DNA of 64,000 nucleotides. Source: a virus. Shown one piece after another: positions 8,211-18,070 of this stretch. Under the pieces are notes generated by a model. That model ran no database searches. It had not been told where the DNA came from and saw only the letters and a list, made by a program, of their open reading frames with translations. The translations under genes and the position numbers were made by a program. The DNA is taken from the IMG/VR virus record IMGVR_UViG_3300021387_000700; one strand, 5' to 3'. The stretch's first letter is position 1, and every line of letters starts with the position of its first letter.

Positions 8211-9335
8211 CTAAGATGTGTAAGCAATAACGATACCCGTAATATTCTTTCCGTAATCGTTGACGGTGGCAAAGTTGATTTTCAACGTACCCTTACCGCC
8301 CGACATAGCAAGTGGGCGCATACCATCAGAGCCTCTATCGGGAATATCGGGTAATCCCGAAGCGGTAATCTCGTTCGCATTTCCATCAAGGAGCTTTACC
8401 TTAATGCTGTTATAGGTCGGGTTCGTAGTACCACCAAGAACAGCAGCGTCCTCGCGCAAGCCTACCCAAATGGAGAATGTTACAGATTCATCCTTTCGCA
8501 GCGATGCGGCATTTCCGTTAGCACCGTTATATTGGATATACAGAAATTCGGGGTCTTGCATATCATCAATGCCAGCGTATGCCGTATAGCGAGTTTGGCC
8601 GCCCGAAGTGAACACGCATTTAACCGTTGCATGGTCTACGATGCTACCCTCGCTAACTTGGAAAGCGTTTGCGTATGTATTACCATCAATGGTCTTACTT
8701 TGGCCGCTTGTACCCGTAGAGGCATCGTTAAGATACCATTGTGTAGTACACTCTACGTCTCCACCGTTGGAATCATACAGCTTTCCGTACATGGTGATAA
8801 CCTGCCCTTTCTCCGTAATATCAGACACGCCGTTTACGAAGTTGATGATACCAAGGAATCCGTTACCTTGAATCTCGGTGATACGGATTTGTGCGGCACA
8901 CTCGAAAGGAACGGCACTACCGCCAATGCTGCAAGAGCCCTTGAACGTAATCATATCCACATTGACGTTATCGGAACTTGCAAGGTTGCCCATAATCTTC
9001 AATGCTGGCATGTTCAAGGTTTGACTACCGTAGGTAACGGCCTTCGTGGTTTTCATAAACAGACCGCTTGGGCTTGTTGAAATACCCGTTTCCTCGTTGA
9101 AGGTGATAACCTGCCCCTCGTACATCCATTGGTACGTGCTTTGCGGAACGACAAGCGATGTACCCGACAAAAGCGTAAGGTAAATCGTAGGTCTGTTAGC
9201 GTTCACAGTCCAATCGGGAACGGCAGAAGAGCCAGTCCATGCCTGCGAAAGCGACTTGTCTGATGCAAGATTGCCGTGCAGGGTTGTACCATCATCAAGT
9301 GCGGTAACAAAAAATCTATTACTAATTGAGCTCAT
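8211..9335 (-). CDS. tail/baseplate-associated structural protein
   Basis: 374 aa with beta-rich composition. The N-terminus MSSISNRFFVTALDDGT resembles that of the ORF at 5989-8160. Confidence 0.45.
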   Translation of the reverse strand: MSSISNRFFVTALDDGTTLHGNLASDKSLSQAWTGSSAVPDWTVNANRPTIYLTLLSGTSLVVPQSTYQWMYEGQVITFNEETGISTSPSGLFMKTTKAVTYGSQTLNMPALKIMGNLASSDNVNVDMITFKGSCSIGGSAVPFECAAQIRITEIQGNGFLGIINFVNGVSDITEKGQVITMYGKLYDSNGGDVECTTQWYLNDASTGTSGQSKTIDGNTYANAFQVSEGSIVDHATVKCVFTSGGQTRYTAYAGIDDMQDPEFLYIQYNGANGNAASLRKDESVTFSIWVGLREDAAVLGGTTNPTYNSIKVKLLDGNANEITASGLPDIPDRGSDGMRPLAMSGGKGTLKINFATVNDYGKNITGIVIAYTS

Positions 9336-9338
9336 AAA

Positions 9339-9833
9339 TTATTCCTCCTCTTGATTTTGTTGTTGGGTTTCCGTTTCTTCTTCGCTGGTTTCGTTATTCT
9401 CGTCTTGCTGAGTGCCGCCGCCAAGAATGTCCTCCACATTACCTACCTCGTTTTCCTCGATAGTTTCCGTTTCGGCGTTTTCGGGCGTTTCGTCGTTCTG
9501 CTCGGTTTGTTCATCTACGGTTTCGGTCTGCGATTCCTGCTCTACATCCTGCTCTTCTTGATGCTGCTCCTGCTGATTGTTGTTGTTAGGTTCAAGCCCC
9601 TCATATCCCATTTGGTAGTTGTTTTCTGCAATAAGGGCATCTGCCTCCGTACCCGTAATCTTAACAACACCCTGCAAACCGTCGATATACTCGTCGGGAG
9701 TGAATCGCACGCGGCGCAAATCGTTATTGTCAAGAATCCAATTCATGTCCTTTGTGCGGTAGCGTTCAAGGATAAGGCCGCTGCGTTGCGCGATATTCTC
9801 AACGACCTTGTAAAAAGTGATGTTCATTCCCAT
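9339..9833 (-). CDS. protein with an extremely acidic Q/E/T-rich C-terminal tail
   Basis: 164 aa. The last ~80 aa read NNNQQEQHQEEQDVEQESQTETVDEQTEQ...QQQNQEEE. Confidence 0.5.
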   Translation of the reverse strand: MGMNITFYKVVENIAQRSGLILERYRTKDMNWILDNNDLRRVRFTPDEYIDGLQGVVKITGTEADALIAENNYQMGYEGLEPNNNNQQEQHQEEQDVEQESQTETVDEQTEQNDETPENAETETIEENEVGNVEDILGGGTQQDENNETSEEETETQQQNQEEE

Positions 9834-9860
9834 AATTCAAATCCTTTCTTTTATATTGTC

Positions 9861-10997
9861 TTAAATAAATCTGCCATACACATTCTCGCTGTTGTATGTA
9901 ACAACCTCACCGTCGTATATAATCGGCTCATAAGCACCGATGATATACACAATAGGATAGATAAGCACATTGCCAGTCGACGATTGCATCGCAGAGCTGT
10001 CTAATGTGATTCGCTCACCCCATCCTCTGTCGGTTTCCGTGCTTTGTGTGCTGTTTCTTGTCTTCCAATTGAAACGCATGTGCGCCTGCTTTTTAGCATC
10101 GCTAACGACAGCACCTTTCACATTCACTACGGTACTGAAAGTCATTGTATTAACGTTAGAACGGTAAGCACCGCCATTTTCGCTAAGTACGTTCGTTTCA
10201 ATATCGGGTATGCGCCACACGATAGAACGGTACACCTTGCTCGGATATAGTGTATTACCCGATTGCACGGCACGTAACACTATATTTATCTCCTCGCCAT
10301 AAAGTGCATCAACTACCAAATTTCGTGTTCCTTGGCCGCTTACATAGAACGGCATGGTTTCGACGAGCACCTCGTTATTCCCGTCGACGGCATACCACTT
10401 AAATGTGATGTCTGTTGAAACATCAACACCGCCGCGATATGCAACGGCCTGCAAGGTAAACTGAGATTCGTCCATCGTTAGCGGATTGTAAGGAATAGAA
10501 TCCTCGCAAAGCACATCAATGGTGGGGCAGTCAAACTCCGCATCCTTTGATGTAGTAAGGGTAAGAATCTGCTCCATAGCACCGATGCGCCCCGAATCAC
10601 GCGGGTCGATGTATTGTGCCACACATCGAATCTGAACGGCATGGTCGTAGCCGACATTCTTTCTAACAACAAGCGTATTGCCGCTAAGATAATAATCCGC
10701 AGACGTGCTTGTAGTCATAATGTGGCTTTCAACATAAGCCGTGTTACGCCATTCATTAACGTACCAATCGGTGCTGTAGAAAGCAAGCTCATAGGAACGG
10801 TTCGCCTCAGAGTCAACACCCGTTATAGACGGAGTGATGATAAGCGGCGTGCGCTGGCGGTTTGGTTGCCAGTCGTTAGAGTTATCATAGTACCATTGCT
10901 CGGTAACGCCGTTAGGTGTCAGATTGAACACCATGTCAAGCGGTTTCAGCTCGGTAGTGATAACTGCGGGTTGTGATACATTTAATCTTCTTCCCAT
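9861..10997 (-). CDS. tail/baseplate structural protein
   Basis: 378 aa, immediately downstream of the Tal-like gene. The C-terminus YDGEVVTYNSENV shares a 23-nt exact repeat with 3455-3477. Confidence 0.5.
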   Translation of the reverse strand: MGRRLNVSQPAVITTELKPLDMVFNLTPNGVTEQWYYDNSNDWQPNRQRTPLIITPSITGVDSEANRSYELAFYSTDWYVNEWRNTAYVESHIMTTSTSADYYLSGNTLVVRKNVGYDHAVQIRCVAQYIDPRDSGRIGAMEQILTLTTSKDAEFDCPTIDVLCEDSIPYNPLTMDESQFTLQAVAYRGGVDVSTDITFKWYAVDGNNEVLVETMPFYVSGQGTRNLVVDALYGEEINIVLRAVQSGNTLYPSKVYRSIVWRIPDIETNVLSENGGAYRSNVNTMTFSTVVNVKGAVVSDAKKQAHMRFNWKTRNSTQSTETDRGWGERITLDSSAMQSSTGNVLIYPIVYIIGAYEPIIYDGEVVTYNSENVYGRFI

Positions 10998-11000
10998 AAT

Positions 11001-14000
11001 TTATGCTACAATTTGATTATCAACAATTCTTGTAAGTTTACCATCATCAACGGTTACATGCAATGTGAATATGGCCTTATTCTGATACGACCAATCTACG
11101 GGCATATCCGCGTTGGTAAGATGCAGGGTCTTTTCGCCCGAATGGAGCATACCCCATGTTACATCTGCCTCTGTTTGGCCGCTTTCGCTTGCACGCTCCC
11201 ATACAAAGAACTCATCGTCGATGTCGGCTGTAATATCCACATTTCCATAGAACACATGCGGGGTAATAACCGTATCAACAGCACCGCGACGGAAAGAATA
11301 CCCGTTGCTTGAAACAAATTCAATCGTAAGGTTATCGTTACCGTCCACCAAACGCCAATACGGGCTGTTCCATGCAGGCTCGTAATACACATCAACACCG
11401 CCTTGTCTTACGGGCTGGTGCTGGAGGCATTGCCAACGACCACCGTTATGCCGTACTTCATGTATTTCGTACTGCTGTGTTTCCTCGTTGTATTCATTAT
11501 ATAAATAGATACCCGCGCCAACGGTAGGCGTAGTGACCTGCGCTCCGTCCACCCACTCACCGCAGAATACGATAACGGGTACGGGCAATCCTTCGCGTGT
11601 TACCTTGATAAAGTTTCCAACGACAACACCTTGCGCATAAAGCCAATCTGTATGCTCACCAACCTCATTCAAAACCTCCCGCACATCGGGATAGTTCTTT
11701 ACAAATTCGGGAAGTTCTCCGATGGTAACGCCATAGTTTCCGTTCTTTAGGATAGGCGCATCAACACCCGTATATTTGATTACACGGCCTTCTGTTGTGC
11801 TTATCATAAACATGCGCTGGCGACGGATAATGCTTGCCTTTATGCTTTCGTAGTCGGGGTCTGATGGATTAGAATAATCAATACAGCCCCAGCGTGCGAT
11901 AGTCATAAGCTCGCAAGGCTCAAAGTTCCTTTGTGCTGGAACTTGCTGGTCGCCGTAAAGAACGACGCGAATCTGATTAACGCCGAGCTCATCCTCCGTG
12001 CCTAACGTTGTGTTATGTGTTGCCACGACGCGCATCCACGATGTATAGTATTTGTTCGCACCATCCTGCTCAACGGACGAGCTTTCGTAATCGCTAACGC
12101 CAGCCTGCTTTGCAGCAAGTGTGTTGATGATACCCTTGATAACGTTACCGTACATCTGCCCCGTTATATAGCCGTCATACTTTTCCTTCAAAGAAAGTTT
12201 ATAGTACGTCACACCGTCGATTATCTCTTTTTCAACGTAGTCGATTTGGTCGTTATCGCTGAATATGGTATCGCCCTCCTGCGCCTGCAAACGGTTGATA
12301 ATCAATTCTACAACCTCGAGGAAAGAACGGACGCGCAATGATTCAAGCTCGGCATTTCCCAGCTTGTCTATGCGCCATCCTTTACCACCGTATAGGCCGC
12401 TAACGAAATCGGGGCTTTGTATAGTATCATGGAAGAATACCATGCCGATAGAATCCAATCCCTGCTGGAATGTGATGCGGCCTTGGCAGACATCATCAAC
12501 TATGCGCGAAAGCTTTGATTTCACGTCACCAAGAATAGTGTCGCCGTAGTATTTTTCGAGGCCGTTCACTTGTGCGCGTAAGCGGTTCAATCCATCTACG
12601 GTCTGCCCTATCTCGTTGACAACTATTTCTATATCATCGGTAAGCGTAATATCATACTGCGGCAAAACCTTGTCACCGTATTTCACGGTAAGCTGTTTCA
12701 CGTACAGCATCTTTGTTACGCCAGCATATTGGAAACGCACAATGGCATTGGGCTTTATCTGTGCAAGCTCGTATGTATGCGTAGCCAAGAAATACTCATC
12801 GAATTTCAGCGGGTAGTCGAAATAGTGCTCGTTGTTTGCTGCAAGGTATTCGGCCATAGCAGTATCAAGCTCTCCCTCTGCCGTGCTGATATACGACAAA
12901 GGCAAAGATATGCCGATAATAGCGAACTTATCGCCCGATGCAGGCTTTTGGTACACGTTAGGCATAAGCACGCCGTATGTCGTGTTTTCCTTCTTGCACA
13001 ATACCGTTATCTGCCCTGCGGAGCTATCGGGGTATTTCTCGCCATCGCGAACATGGCCATCATCCTCTTCCAAATTCGGATTATGGATAACGGGGTCAAA
13101 CGTACCGTCGGGCTTGTAGAAATTCTTTTTATAGTCCTCCCAATCCACTTGAACGGGGAACGTGCATCCAATACAAGCACCAGTCCGCATGTATATAGAC
13201 ATCGCCTGCGTAACTGCGGCACTTGCATACAAGTCAAATGAAAGCTGCGGCAAAGTAACCTTGAAATAGCTTTGTACGTAGTTTCCGTCGTCGTCCATAG
13301 TGTCGTCCCAATCATCGGATGGCACTACATGGCCGCGCTGCAATACGGTGTACTCGAAAGCAACGGTATCGCTGACATATTTCACGTAGATAAACGTGTT
13401 ATCCTTATAGAAGGAATACTCAACGATATAGCTGCCTGCCGTGTCTTTGAACGTGTACTTTTCCGTGCTTGCGTGCGTAAGGATGGTGTTTGGAACGGCT
13501 GTAAGGATTGCGGCCTCTTTCTCGTTCTTAGCATCTCCAGCAAGCTCGTTTACCGTAGCAACAAAGTTATTCCATCGTATATAGTCAACACCTTTCTCGC
13601 CGCCGCCATACGCCTCCACGTTTACAAGGGATGCGTTTCCTAACTGCGGCTTAATTTTTTCAAATTCATGCGACTCATACGATGGCTCGCCAGCCTTTAG
13701 CGGATTGGGATAGCTACCGTCCGCATCAATGTAGTCGATAATCTCCGTGTTGGGATTATAGCCCGATGCGTAAGGATTGACTTTCTTGTTTACCGTTTCC
13801 GTATATATGCTCGGCATGAGGTGGCTGCGGGTGAACGGGTGTTTAATCAAGCGTACCCTTTGACCGCCTACAATACCGTCGTATATAGGGTAGGAGTTAG
13901 CGGCATTGGCATCATTGTTGATTGTGTAATCCCAGCTTTGGTCGCCATTCCAAATAATCTGCGGATAGCCGTATGGTATATTATCCTCGCTGCCGTAGCC

Positions 14001-14792
14001 AGCAAGACGGGTGATAATCTTATTGTTCCTTGGCGTGCGGGAATTATTCTTTAGGCCAACACCCTGCCCGAACTTGAACACAAAAGGCACATCGGGGTCA
14101 TGCCCCTCAATGGGCTTTTCGTATATCTCGTTAGATGGCAGTCCGTAGATAATCAAGAAACGCTTGCCTTGGTCGTAATACTGCTCGCCCTCCTTGATGG
14201 TATCAATGATATAAGGCACTTCCCAATTGTTGTAGCCCGTTTTCAGAGCATCGGCAATGGAAACCTTATCAAAGGAAAGAACATCGCTTAAAAGCTGGAT
14301 TTTCGCCTGCTCCACGCTTGAGCTGATACCTACTATCCATTGCGTGCCTTGCAGGTTCTTATTCAGCTTTGCCACATAATCAGCAAGGTTGCCAATCCAC
14401 GTAAACGTCTTATCCTGCGACTTGAACTTTTCCTCGCTACTGCTAACGGCAGCATCCGTGAAAGGAAAGTTTGCAAGCACATACATGGGATGATAGAAAA
14501 CAAAGCTGTATTTTGTCATTCCCTTATGCTGGCTGTTATCTGCAACCATCCCCTCGCGGACAACCGTTGGCGGGTTTACAAGGACATATTTCACACCGTT
14601 ATACAACACGTACTCGGTCATTGCAACGGAAAGGCCGTTATCCTTGTAGTACACATCGCCCGTTATCTTGTCTGCCAAAGACATAACAACGGAGTCGGAG
14701 GTGAATTTCGTCAACTCCAACTCGTTAAACGATGTACCGTCTGCGTTGTAAATCGGTAATGTTATATTTCGCCCTAATGTATTTGTACCCAT
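11001..14792 (-). CDS. Tal-like tail tip/baseplate hub protein
   Basis: 1263 aa from the internal ATG (MGTNTLGRNITLPIYN...). The N-terminal region resembles the siphovirus prophage tail endopeptidase / Tal family. A -7 box lies 20 nt upstream. Confidence 0.5.
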   Translation of the reverse strand: MGTNTLGRNITLPIYNADGTSFNELELTKFTSDSVVMSLADKITGDVYYKDNGLSVAMTEYVLYNGVKYVLVNPPTVVREGMVADNSQHKGMTKYSFVFYHPMYVLANFPFTDAAVSSSEEKFKSQDKTFTWIGNLADYVAKLNKNLQGTQWIVGISSSVEQAKIQLLSDVLSFDKVSIADALKTGYNNWEVPYIIDTIKEGEQYYDQGKRFLIIYGLPSNEIYEKPIEGHDPDVPFVFKFGQGVGLKNNSRTPRNNKIITRLAGYGSEDNIPYGYPQIIWNGDQSWDYTINNDANAANSYPIYDGIVGGQRVRLIKHPFTRSHLMPSIYTETVNKKVNPYASGYNPNTEIIDYIDADGSYPNPLKAGEPSYESHEFEKIKPQLGNASLVNVEAYGGGEKGVDYIRWNNFVATVNELAGDAKNEKEAAILTAVPNTILTHASTEKYTFKDTAGSYIVEYSFYKDNTFIYVKYVSDTVAFEYTVLQRGHVVPSDDWDDTMDDDGNYVQSYFKVTLPQLSFDLYASAAVTQAMSIYMRTGACIGCTFPVQVDWEDYKKNFYKPDGTFDPVIHNPNLEEDDGHVRDGEKYPDSSAGQITVLCKKENTTYGVLMPNVYQKPASGDKFAIIGISLPLSYISTAEGELDTAMAEYLAANNEHYFDYPLKFDEYFLATHTYELAQIKPNAIVRFQYAGVTKMLYVKQLTVKYGDKVLPQYDITLTDDIEIVVNEIGQTVDGLNRLRAQVNGLEKYYGDTILGDVKSKLSRIVDDVCQGRITFQQGLDSIGMVFFHDTIQSPDFVSGLYGGKGWRIDKLGNAELESLRVRSFLEVVELIINRLQAQEGDTIFSDNDQIDYVEKEIIDGVTYYKLSLKEKYDGYITGQMYGNVIKGIINTLAAKQAGVSDYESSSVEQDGANKYYTSWMRVVATHNTTLGTEDELGVNQIRVVLYGDQQVPAQRNFEPCELMTIARWGCIDYSNPSDPDYESIKASIIRRQRMFMISTTEGRVIKYTGVDAPILKNGNYGVTIGELPEFVKNYPDVREVLNEVGEHTDWLYAQGVVVGNFIKVTREGLPVPVIVFCGEWVDGAQVTTPTVGAGIYLYNEYNEETQQYEIHEVRHNGGRWQCLQHQPVRQGGVDVYYEPAWNSPYWRLVDGNDNLTIEFVSSNGYSFRRGAVDTVITPHVFYGNVDITADIDDEFFVWERASESGQTEADVTWGMLHSGEKTLHLTNADMPVDWSYQNKAIFTLHVTVDDGKLTRIVDNQIVA

Positions 14793-15385
14793 CTTATAAT
14801 TTTTACAAATGCAAAGATAACACCTAAAATCGTAAATCCCAAACAATACCAGCACCATTTAGGAATTTTTGTCTTTTCGACTACGGTATATTCCTTGTGT
14901 GTGAGCTGTTCTTGAAGGGAATCGCATTTAGCGACATACTGCCTCAGAGAATCCCGTGCAAGCCGAAAATGCGCAATGGAATCAAGCAATTGCTTTTCGT
15001 ATTCGCGGTTACGTGACACGGTTTCTTTTTCCTTATGCCATGTTTCTTGCTTGATAACATTGCCTTGCGCATCAACCGTCATAACGGTGGAGTCTGATTT
15101 CTCGACCTTTGTTTCGGTTTCAACTTTCTCGGTTTCCTTTATCTCGGTCTTATGCTCCGTATCTGTTGAATCTACCTTTACGCTTTGAACATCTGTCGAA
15201 TCAACTTTAACCTCTGTTTTCTGATGGTCGTTTTCAACAATATGTTTCTTTGTGGCGCAAGACGAAAACAGCAGCACAACACCAATGATTAACGCGATAT
15301 AAAACGGTGTACCGCATCCGTTGTTAAGCATTTGGTTCTGCTCCCACATGCGGGTATAGAACTCTCTGTCCTCGCGTGTTGCCAT
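14774..15385 (-). CDS. spanin-like lysis protein (lipoprotein signal plus C-terminal TMD)
   Basis: Lipobox-like ...IIGVVLLFSSC. Central coiled-coil/charged region with the tandem repeat VKVDSTD x2. C-terminal TMD WCWYCLGFTILGVIFAFVKII. Follows the endolysin. Confidence 0.45.
   Translation of the reverse strand: MATREDREFYTRMWEQNQMLNNGCGTPFYIALIIGVVLLFSSCATKKHIVENDHQKTEVKVDSTDVQSVKVDSTDTEHKTEIKETEKVETETKVEKSDSTVMTVDAQGNVIKQETWHKEKETVSRNREYEKQLLDSIAHFRLARDSLRQYVAKCDSLQEQLTHKEYTVVEKTKIPKWCWYCLGFTILGVIFAFVKIIRWVQIH
14812..14819 (-). promoter_or_regulatory. -7 box TATCTTTG(CA) inside the 3' end of the upstream gene
   Basis: Minus-strand TATCTTTGCAT 20 nt upstream of ATG 14792. Confidence 0.4.
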
Positions 15386-15387
15386 AA

Positions 15388-16011
15388 CTAAATGTTTTTA
15401 TATTCGTTGGTTGCATCAAACGAAGGACATGCCTTTCCTTTCCTATCAAGGTCACGGTGGCTCACAATCTTTGCCTTTGGATAGAGCTTGCGCAAATCCT
15501 TTAGCAAGGCAATCAAAGCCGTCTTTTGCTTATCGGTTCGCGTGTCCTTTGCTTTCATATTCTTATCGCAGCCGCCTACGTAGCAAACACCGATGGAATT
15601 TGCATTGTAGCCCTCACAATGCGCCCCGACAAGGTTTACATTGCGCCCGTTCCAGCGTTCGCCGTTCAAGCCGATAAGATAGTGATAGCCAATATCAGCC
15701 CAGCCCTTTGCTTTGTGCATCCTACGGACGGACTCTACGGTTTCTACGCGGCCTTCGGGTGTTGCCGTGCAATGCACAATGATACGGTTTATTGTACGCC
15801 GTGATACCTGCAAAGATGATTCGTTAGAAACGATAATAGCCCATGTCTTTTCGCCAACGATACCGTCGGGAACGAGGTCATGCGCCTTTTGAAATGCCTT
15901 GACTGCCTCCTCGGTTACTGCACCAAAGATACCGTCCTGCACCAAGTTCAGAGCGGCCTGCAAGCGTTTCACAAGCTCGCCCCTACTGCCTTTTGATAAC
16001 ACTACTGCCAT
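15388..16011 (-). CDS. endolysin: PG_binding_1 domain plus N-acetylmuramoyl-L-alanine amidase (Amidase_2/PGRP)
   Basis: The N-terminus reads RGELVKRLQAALNLVQDGIFGAVTEEAVKAFQ. The amidase domain shows IIVHCTAT, GYHYLI, HCEGYN and HRDL..KACPSF. Confidence 0.9.
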   Translation of the reverse strand: MAVVLSKGSRGELVKRLQAALNLVQDGIFGAVTEEAVKAFQKAHDLVPDGIVGEKTWAIIVSNESSLQVSRRTINRIIVHCTATPEGRVETVESVRRMHKAKGWADIGYHYLIGLNGERWNGRNVNLVGAHCEGYNANSIGVCYVGGCDKNMKAKDTRTDKQKTALIALLKDLRKLYPKAKIVSHRDLDRKGKACPSFDATNEYKNI

Positions 16012-16023
16012 AATAATTACTTT

Positions 16024-16536
16024 TTATATTTCGTTACTTGGTTCAATATCGTTTTTGTGCGCTGTTTCGCGCTCTTCTACCGTTGCAAAGCTGTTGTCGT
16101 CGATGTTTTCCATGAGACTAACCTTTTTGCGGTGCATACAGCCCGCTACACCGCATAGGAAAGGGGAAAGTACGTCGATGCGCCTGCCTAATCTTGAAAT
16201 GTCTTGCTTGTACTGCAAGTCCATTTTGGTCATGCGTTCCTCTAATTCCGTGTACTTGGCTCGCATTTCCCGATTAATTTTCCTTTCCTCGTTGCGTTCA
16301 TCCTTGTAGTGGTCGCGTTCGCCGCAAACCTCATCAAGTCTTTTAAGCAAGTCGTCGTGCATTTGTTGATAGGCATCTTGCATGGATTTAAAGGCATCGG
16401 CCTCAACTTGCTTTGCCTCTCCGTTTGCCTTTCGCTTGCTTGCCCTCCAATGCAAGAACCAGCCCCCACCAAGAAAGATTGTAATCAAGGTGTTTATAAG
16501 GCTGTATATTTCGCCACCAAAACCATATTCTCCCAT
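16024..16536 (-). CDS. lysis-cassette membrane protein (holin or i-spanin-like)
   Basis: 170 aa. One N-terminal TMD (IYSLINTLITIFLGGGWFLHW) followed by a long charged coiled coil. Lies directly upstream of the endolysin. Confidence 0.35.
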   Translation of the reverse strand: MGEYGFGGEIYSLINTLITIFLGGGWFLHWRASKRKANGEAKQVEADAFKSMQDAYQQMHDDLLKRLDEVCGERDHYKDERNEERKINREMRAKYTELEERMTKMDLQYKQDISRLGRRIDVLSPFLCGVAGCMHRKKVSLMENIDDNSFATVEERETAHKNDIEPSNEI

Positions 16537-16554
16537 AACGATACCTCCTTTCTT

Positions 16555-18069
16555 TTAAGACATTCCCGTTTGAGCATTGTTGTCGACTATTTCATCGCTA
16601 CGGTTACGGCTGATATTGTTTGCCGTTTGAGCATTGCTATCAATAGCCTTTGTATCAAGTGGGATAAGTGCGCCACGCTCCTTGATGATGCGGTCAACCT
16701 CATCGGGTGCTGCATCGGGAGAATTTTCGATTACGGTCTTCATTGAAAGCCACTTGGCCTCCATAGAAAGGTTCGTAATCTTTGTGTTGTTCGTCTCCAG
16801 CGACCAAGGAACAATCTTTGCGCCAATGTGCAGCTTGGAATATTTATCCACGCCGTTATTCTCCAAATCCAATCCCTCTTGATGCAGATATACCATGTCG
16901 TTCACGAATTTGCGCCAATCCAATGCGCTTTGTGTAGCAAGGGCATAGTCATTAGACATAGCCAATGCGATGCCGTTGCCGCCGCTGTTGGTGGCTGTAA
17001 TATCCTTTGGCGTGATGAACGATGTAGAGCTGAAAAGTGAAATCTTTTCCTCAAGGGTTTTAAGATACCCGTCCATAGTCTGCGGTTCGGGGAACTCAAG
17101 CACTTTTGCATCCTGCTTTCCGTTGGTTGTGTCACTTGAAAGATTGATGATAAGGGTACTTGAATCGCGCTTGAACGACTCGGCATCCATCTCTCCCGTG
17201 AATACAAGTGCGAACGTACCGAAACGCTTCAATGCAATATCGTTGATGTTTGCCATAAGCTCCCACATTTCGATGGTGCTTTCAGCATACTCCCAAGCCA
17301 CCTTACCGCGCTTGATAAGCAAAGGACAACGGCTGAAACCATGCTTTTCCATAGTAATCTCCCAGCCAGTATCACCTTGCATTATGCGATAGTGGTTTGT
17401 ATTGTCGTATGTATCAATAATTTTCTTGTTATCAACCATGTAGACGATAGAACGTGCGATTTCGTAGCCGTATTCATCGTAGTTAGGAACAATCTGATAA
17501 CCGTCCTCGTAGCTGTATGTAGTTACGATTGTCTTGTTTTCTGATTTGTCGAAACTGAAAAGCAGTCCCGTGTTACCAAGCTGCTTACATGTATTGATAG
17601 CCTGCGAAAGCCACCAGTCCATATCACGGTCAGCCCAAGCATCCTTAACCTCCTCAAACGGGTCTATACCCCCGTTATTGGCATCGGTTTTGCCGAGGTT
17701 AAAGAGTAACGGATTAGCTGTCAGCGAGCGAACGTGTGCCGAGTGAATCAGCTTTTGGAACGATGCCGTTTGTGTCATGTCAAGCATACCCAATGGCAGC
17801 TCGCATCCGTCAATAGAAACCTTGATATGCGGTATTGACCTATTCATAATGATATGATGCAGGTCGGGGCGATACTCCGTGATATACAAATCCTGCGACA
17901 CGGGCTTTAGCGTAAGATTCGTGAAACCAGTATCAATCATGGAATTAATCTGAATGTCCGAGTTCTCGTAGCCGTGACCGTTCATCTTACCGCCGCGAGT
18001 GAAAGGCTTCATCTTTGTAAGCCTTTCGGGTTCATGCAGAAACCATTTGATGTCGTGTAATCTAATCAT
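16555..18069 (-). CDS. portal protein
   Basis: 504 aa. Starts 1 nt after the TerL stop. Called on size and position only. Confidence 0.6.
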   Translation of the reverse strand: MIRLHDIKWFLHEPERLTKMKPFTRGGKMNGHGYENSDIQINSMIDTGFTNLTLKPVSQDLYITEYRPDLHHIIMNRSIPHIKVSIDGCELPLGMLDMTQTASFQKLIHSAHVRSLTANPLLFNLGKTDANNGGIDPFEEVKDAWADRDMDWWLSQAINTCKQLGNTGLLFSFDKSENKTIVTTYSYEDGYQIVPNYDEYGYEIARSIVYMVDNKKIIDTYDNTNHYRIMQGDTGWEITMEKHGFSRCPLLIKRGKVAWEYAESTIEMWELMANINDIALKRFGTFALVFTGEMDAESFKRDSSTLIINLSSDTTNGKQDAKVLEFPEPQTMDGYLKTLEEKISLFSSTSFITPKDITATNSGGNGIALAMSNDYALATQSALDWRKFVNDMVYLHQEGLDLENNGVDKYSKLHIGAKIVPWSLETNNTKITNLSMEAKWLSMKTVIENSPDAAPDEVDRIIKERGALIPLDTKAIDSNAQTANNISRNRSDEIVDNNAQTGMS

Positions 18070-18070
18070 C

